A DNA stretch of 32,000 bases, taken from NCBI RefSeq assembly GCF_009617975.1, contig NZ_CP040089.1:941464-973463 (forward strand), in the 5' to 3' direction. The notes under the pieces were generated by a model. The model had not been told where the DNA came from. It did no database searches and saw nothing but the letters and a program-made list of their open reading frames with translations. This stretch comes from Candidatus Nanohalobium constans (lineage in GTDB: Archaea > Nanohalarchaeota > Nanosalinia > Nanosalinales > Nanosalinaceae). A program made the translations under genes and the position numbers. Shown in pieces: positions 30,885 to 32,000 of the stretch (within the stretch, counting starts at the first letter, position 1; every line of letters begins with the position of its first letter).

Positions 30885-31040
30885 TTAGGCCATCCTGGAC
30901 AGTATTCCGAAGATTGTGCCGAAGATTGAGATCAGTGTTCTGAAGAATCCGACGATTAGTGTTGATATGAAGTTGGCGAGCATTTTCTTGTTTCGAGAAG
31001 GTCCATGATCTGAATGACCGTGATCTCCGTGTCCGCTCAC
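30885..31040 (-). CDS. Unlisted 51-aa His-rich single-TM mini-protein (hypothetical)
   Basis: Hand translation gives (GTG)MSGHGDHGHSDHGPSRNKKMLANFISTLIVGFFRTLISIFGTIFGILSRMA*. A TAAAAA box (31065-31070 on the + strand) lies about 27 nt upstream of the GTG. The codons are A/C-ending like the core genes. At under 60 aa it is absent from the track. Confidence 0.35.
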   Translation of the reverse strand: MSGHGDHGHSDHGPSRNKKMLANFISTLIVGFFRTLISIFGTIFGILSRMA

Positions 31041-31110
31041 TAAGTTAGTTAGGAAATACTAATGTTTTTAATGTATCGTAGAGGCTCTGAGGAGTAGCAA
31101 CAACCCAAAG

Positions 31111-31130
31111 TTCCACATGAAATCAGGGGG
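31111..31130. repeat. Left arm of an 18/20 inverted repeat (TTCCACATGAAATCAGGGGG)
   Basis: Its reverse complement CCCCCTGATTTCATGTGGAA matches 31869-31888 (CCCCCTGATTTCGTATGGAA) at 18 of 20 positions, including 12 contiguous. Confidence 0.6.
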
Positions 31131-31373
31131 TCGAGAAGTTCTATATAGATCGAACACATTCAAAGAAGTATACAAAAGATTCGAGTAAATTCGAAAAGAG
31201 TTTAGAATAGTTTATTGAGAACAAAGTAATTTTTCTAGCTAAATTAGAATCAATATCCGTCAGAAAGTTTTCGAAACAAGAGTTGTAACCCACTGGTAAA
31301 CCAGTTTAAAAGAGGTTCATTGTTCGCTAAGAATTAACTTTAGAGAAGTCTAAAACAAAGATTATGACCTGGT

Positions 31374-31817
31374 CTAGAAATCAGTTAAAGCCATATTTGA
31401 ACCTCCAAATGAGCTAAATTTGAGATCCTTAAAGTTTGATTTATACTCAGAGTACTTATCCAACTGTTCAGAATCCTTAGGAACCCATAAACACTGGACA
31501 CTTGGTATATTTTCTGGAGAAAAAACCAAAGAGTACAATCTCTGCAATTTTTTGTCCATACAAAGCACAACCAAGTTTAAACCTTCATAACGGACATCCA
31601 AGCGACCATTTTTGCTACCGGATGCTGTTATATTCTTTTTAGTATTACCATCCGTGTAAATAACTGTCTTTATTTGAATAAGTGCTATTTCATTATCTTT
31701 CACTGCCAACATGTCTACACCCTGATCTATGTCAGGCTTAACTGTTGAATATCCCTTTGAAGCCATTATCTTTGCCAATTCATGATAGCCTATTTCGCCT
31801 CTAGAAGCGTCAATCAT
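31374..31817 (-). CDS. PD-(D/E)XK-fold nuclease-like protein (Hjc/DUF4365-like core)
   Basis: GEIGYHELAKIMASKGYSTVKPDIDQGVDMLAVKDNEIALIQIKT fits E...D-x(n)-(E/Q)-x-K with a DxGvD...vQ(I/V)K pattern. 147 aa. An AT-rich box lies about 29 nt upstream. Confidence 0.55.
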   Translation of the reverse strand: MIDASRGEIGYHELAKIMASKGYSTVKPDIDQGVDMLAVKDNEIALIQIKTVIYTDGNTKKNITASGSKNGRLDVRYEGLNLVVLCMDKKLQRLYSLVFSPENIPSVQCLWVPKDSEQLDKYSEYKSNFKDLKFSSFGGSNMALTDF

Positions 31818-31868
31818 GTACTATAGTGCAGATTATACACTAAAATACTAATTGAATTTGACCTGCCA

Positions 31869-31888
31869 CCCCCTGATTTCGTATGGAA
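31869..31888. repeat. Right arm of the 18/20 inverted repeat
   Basis: See the left arm. Both arms lie in non-coding DNA on either side of the PD-(D/E)XK gene. Confidence 0.6.
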
Positions 31889-32000
31889 GAGAGTTTCTTA
31901 GATAGCAAAAGCAAAAATAACACTGCTATCAAAAGATAACATACTTATCATATGATCACACTGTTATCTCAGTAAAACGTTGAACTCTTAGTAGTTCTAC

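Larger units (their letters stand above)
31111..31888. mobile_element. Candidate IR-bounded 778-bp single-gene cassette carrying the PD-(D/E)XK nuclease gene
   Basis: Terminal inverted repeats (18/20) bracket one ORF plus 243 bp of non-coding DNA. I recognise no transposase and saw no target-site duplication. Confidence 0.25.

Noticed and set aside
1-32000. CRISPR arrays, rRNA and tRNA genes, transposase-encoding IS elements
   Set aside because: Visual scanning of all intergenic regions found no regularly spaced direct repeats, no cloverleaf-compatible segments and no transposase- or integrase-like ORFs. The absence of small ncRNAs cannot be proven without covariance-model searches.

Overview
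This is a 32-kb archaeal window. The evidence is AglB/STT3, NAC, SecDF, and TTTAAA-type boxes about 27 nt upstream of start codons, which implies leaderless transcripts. Very acidic predicted proteins and modest GC suggest a small halophilic archaeon, possibly Nanohaloarchaeota-like; this is inference only. From 1 to 10.4 kb the genes are housekeeping or envelope genes: an edge-truncated aglH (missing from the ORF track), aglB, secF, secD, an SDR, nac, TctA/DUF112-like and AI-2E-like membrane proteins, and a secreted lamin-tail-like protein. From 10.7 to 29.4 kb there is a protein-glycosylation (agl-type) island. It holds two SDR epimerase/dehydratases flanking a sugar formyltransferase, a Wzx/AglR-like flippase, an AglF-like nucleotidyltransferase divergent from a UDP-glucose 6-dehydrogenase, a GT4, a GT2, two GT8-like GT-A enzymes, a fused Alg14-Alg13-like transferase, and three soluble alkaline-phosphatase-superfamily proteins with a Thr nucleophile motif. 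Five type II TA modules punctuate the island: 2 AbrB-PIN, 1 VapB-PIN, 1 MNT-HEPN and 1 RHH-RelE. It also holds a free-standing HTH-Myb-LAGLIDADG gene and an RHH plus CysD/PAPS-reductase-like pair. The right end (30.7-32 kb) looks decayed or mobile, with a start-less ORF remnant, an unlisted His-rich mini membrane protein, and a PD-(D/E)XK nuclease gene bracketed by 18/20 inverted repeats. I saw no rRNA, tRNA or CRISPR array. The most notable observations are these: (1) an AbrB-PIN module is translationally coupled as the leader of a five-gene glycan operon; (2) the RHH protein and the CysD-like enzyme share a C-terminal KLRxLGY tail, with a perfect palindromic operator upstream; (3) third-position codon usage switches abruptly inside three genes (tctA-like, flippase, CysD-like tail); (4) there is a triad of Thr-type AP-superfamily enzymes; (5) there is a fused Alg14-Alg13-like enzyme alongside aglH and aglB.
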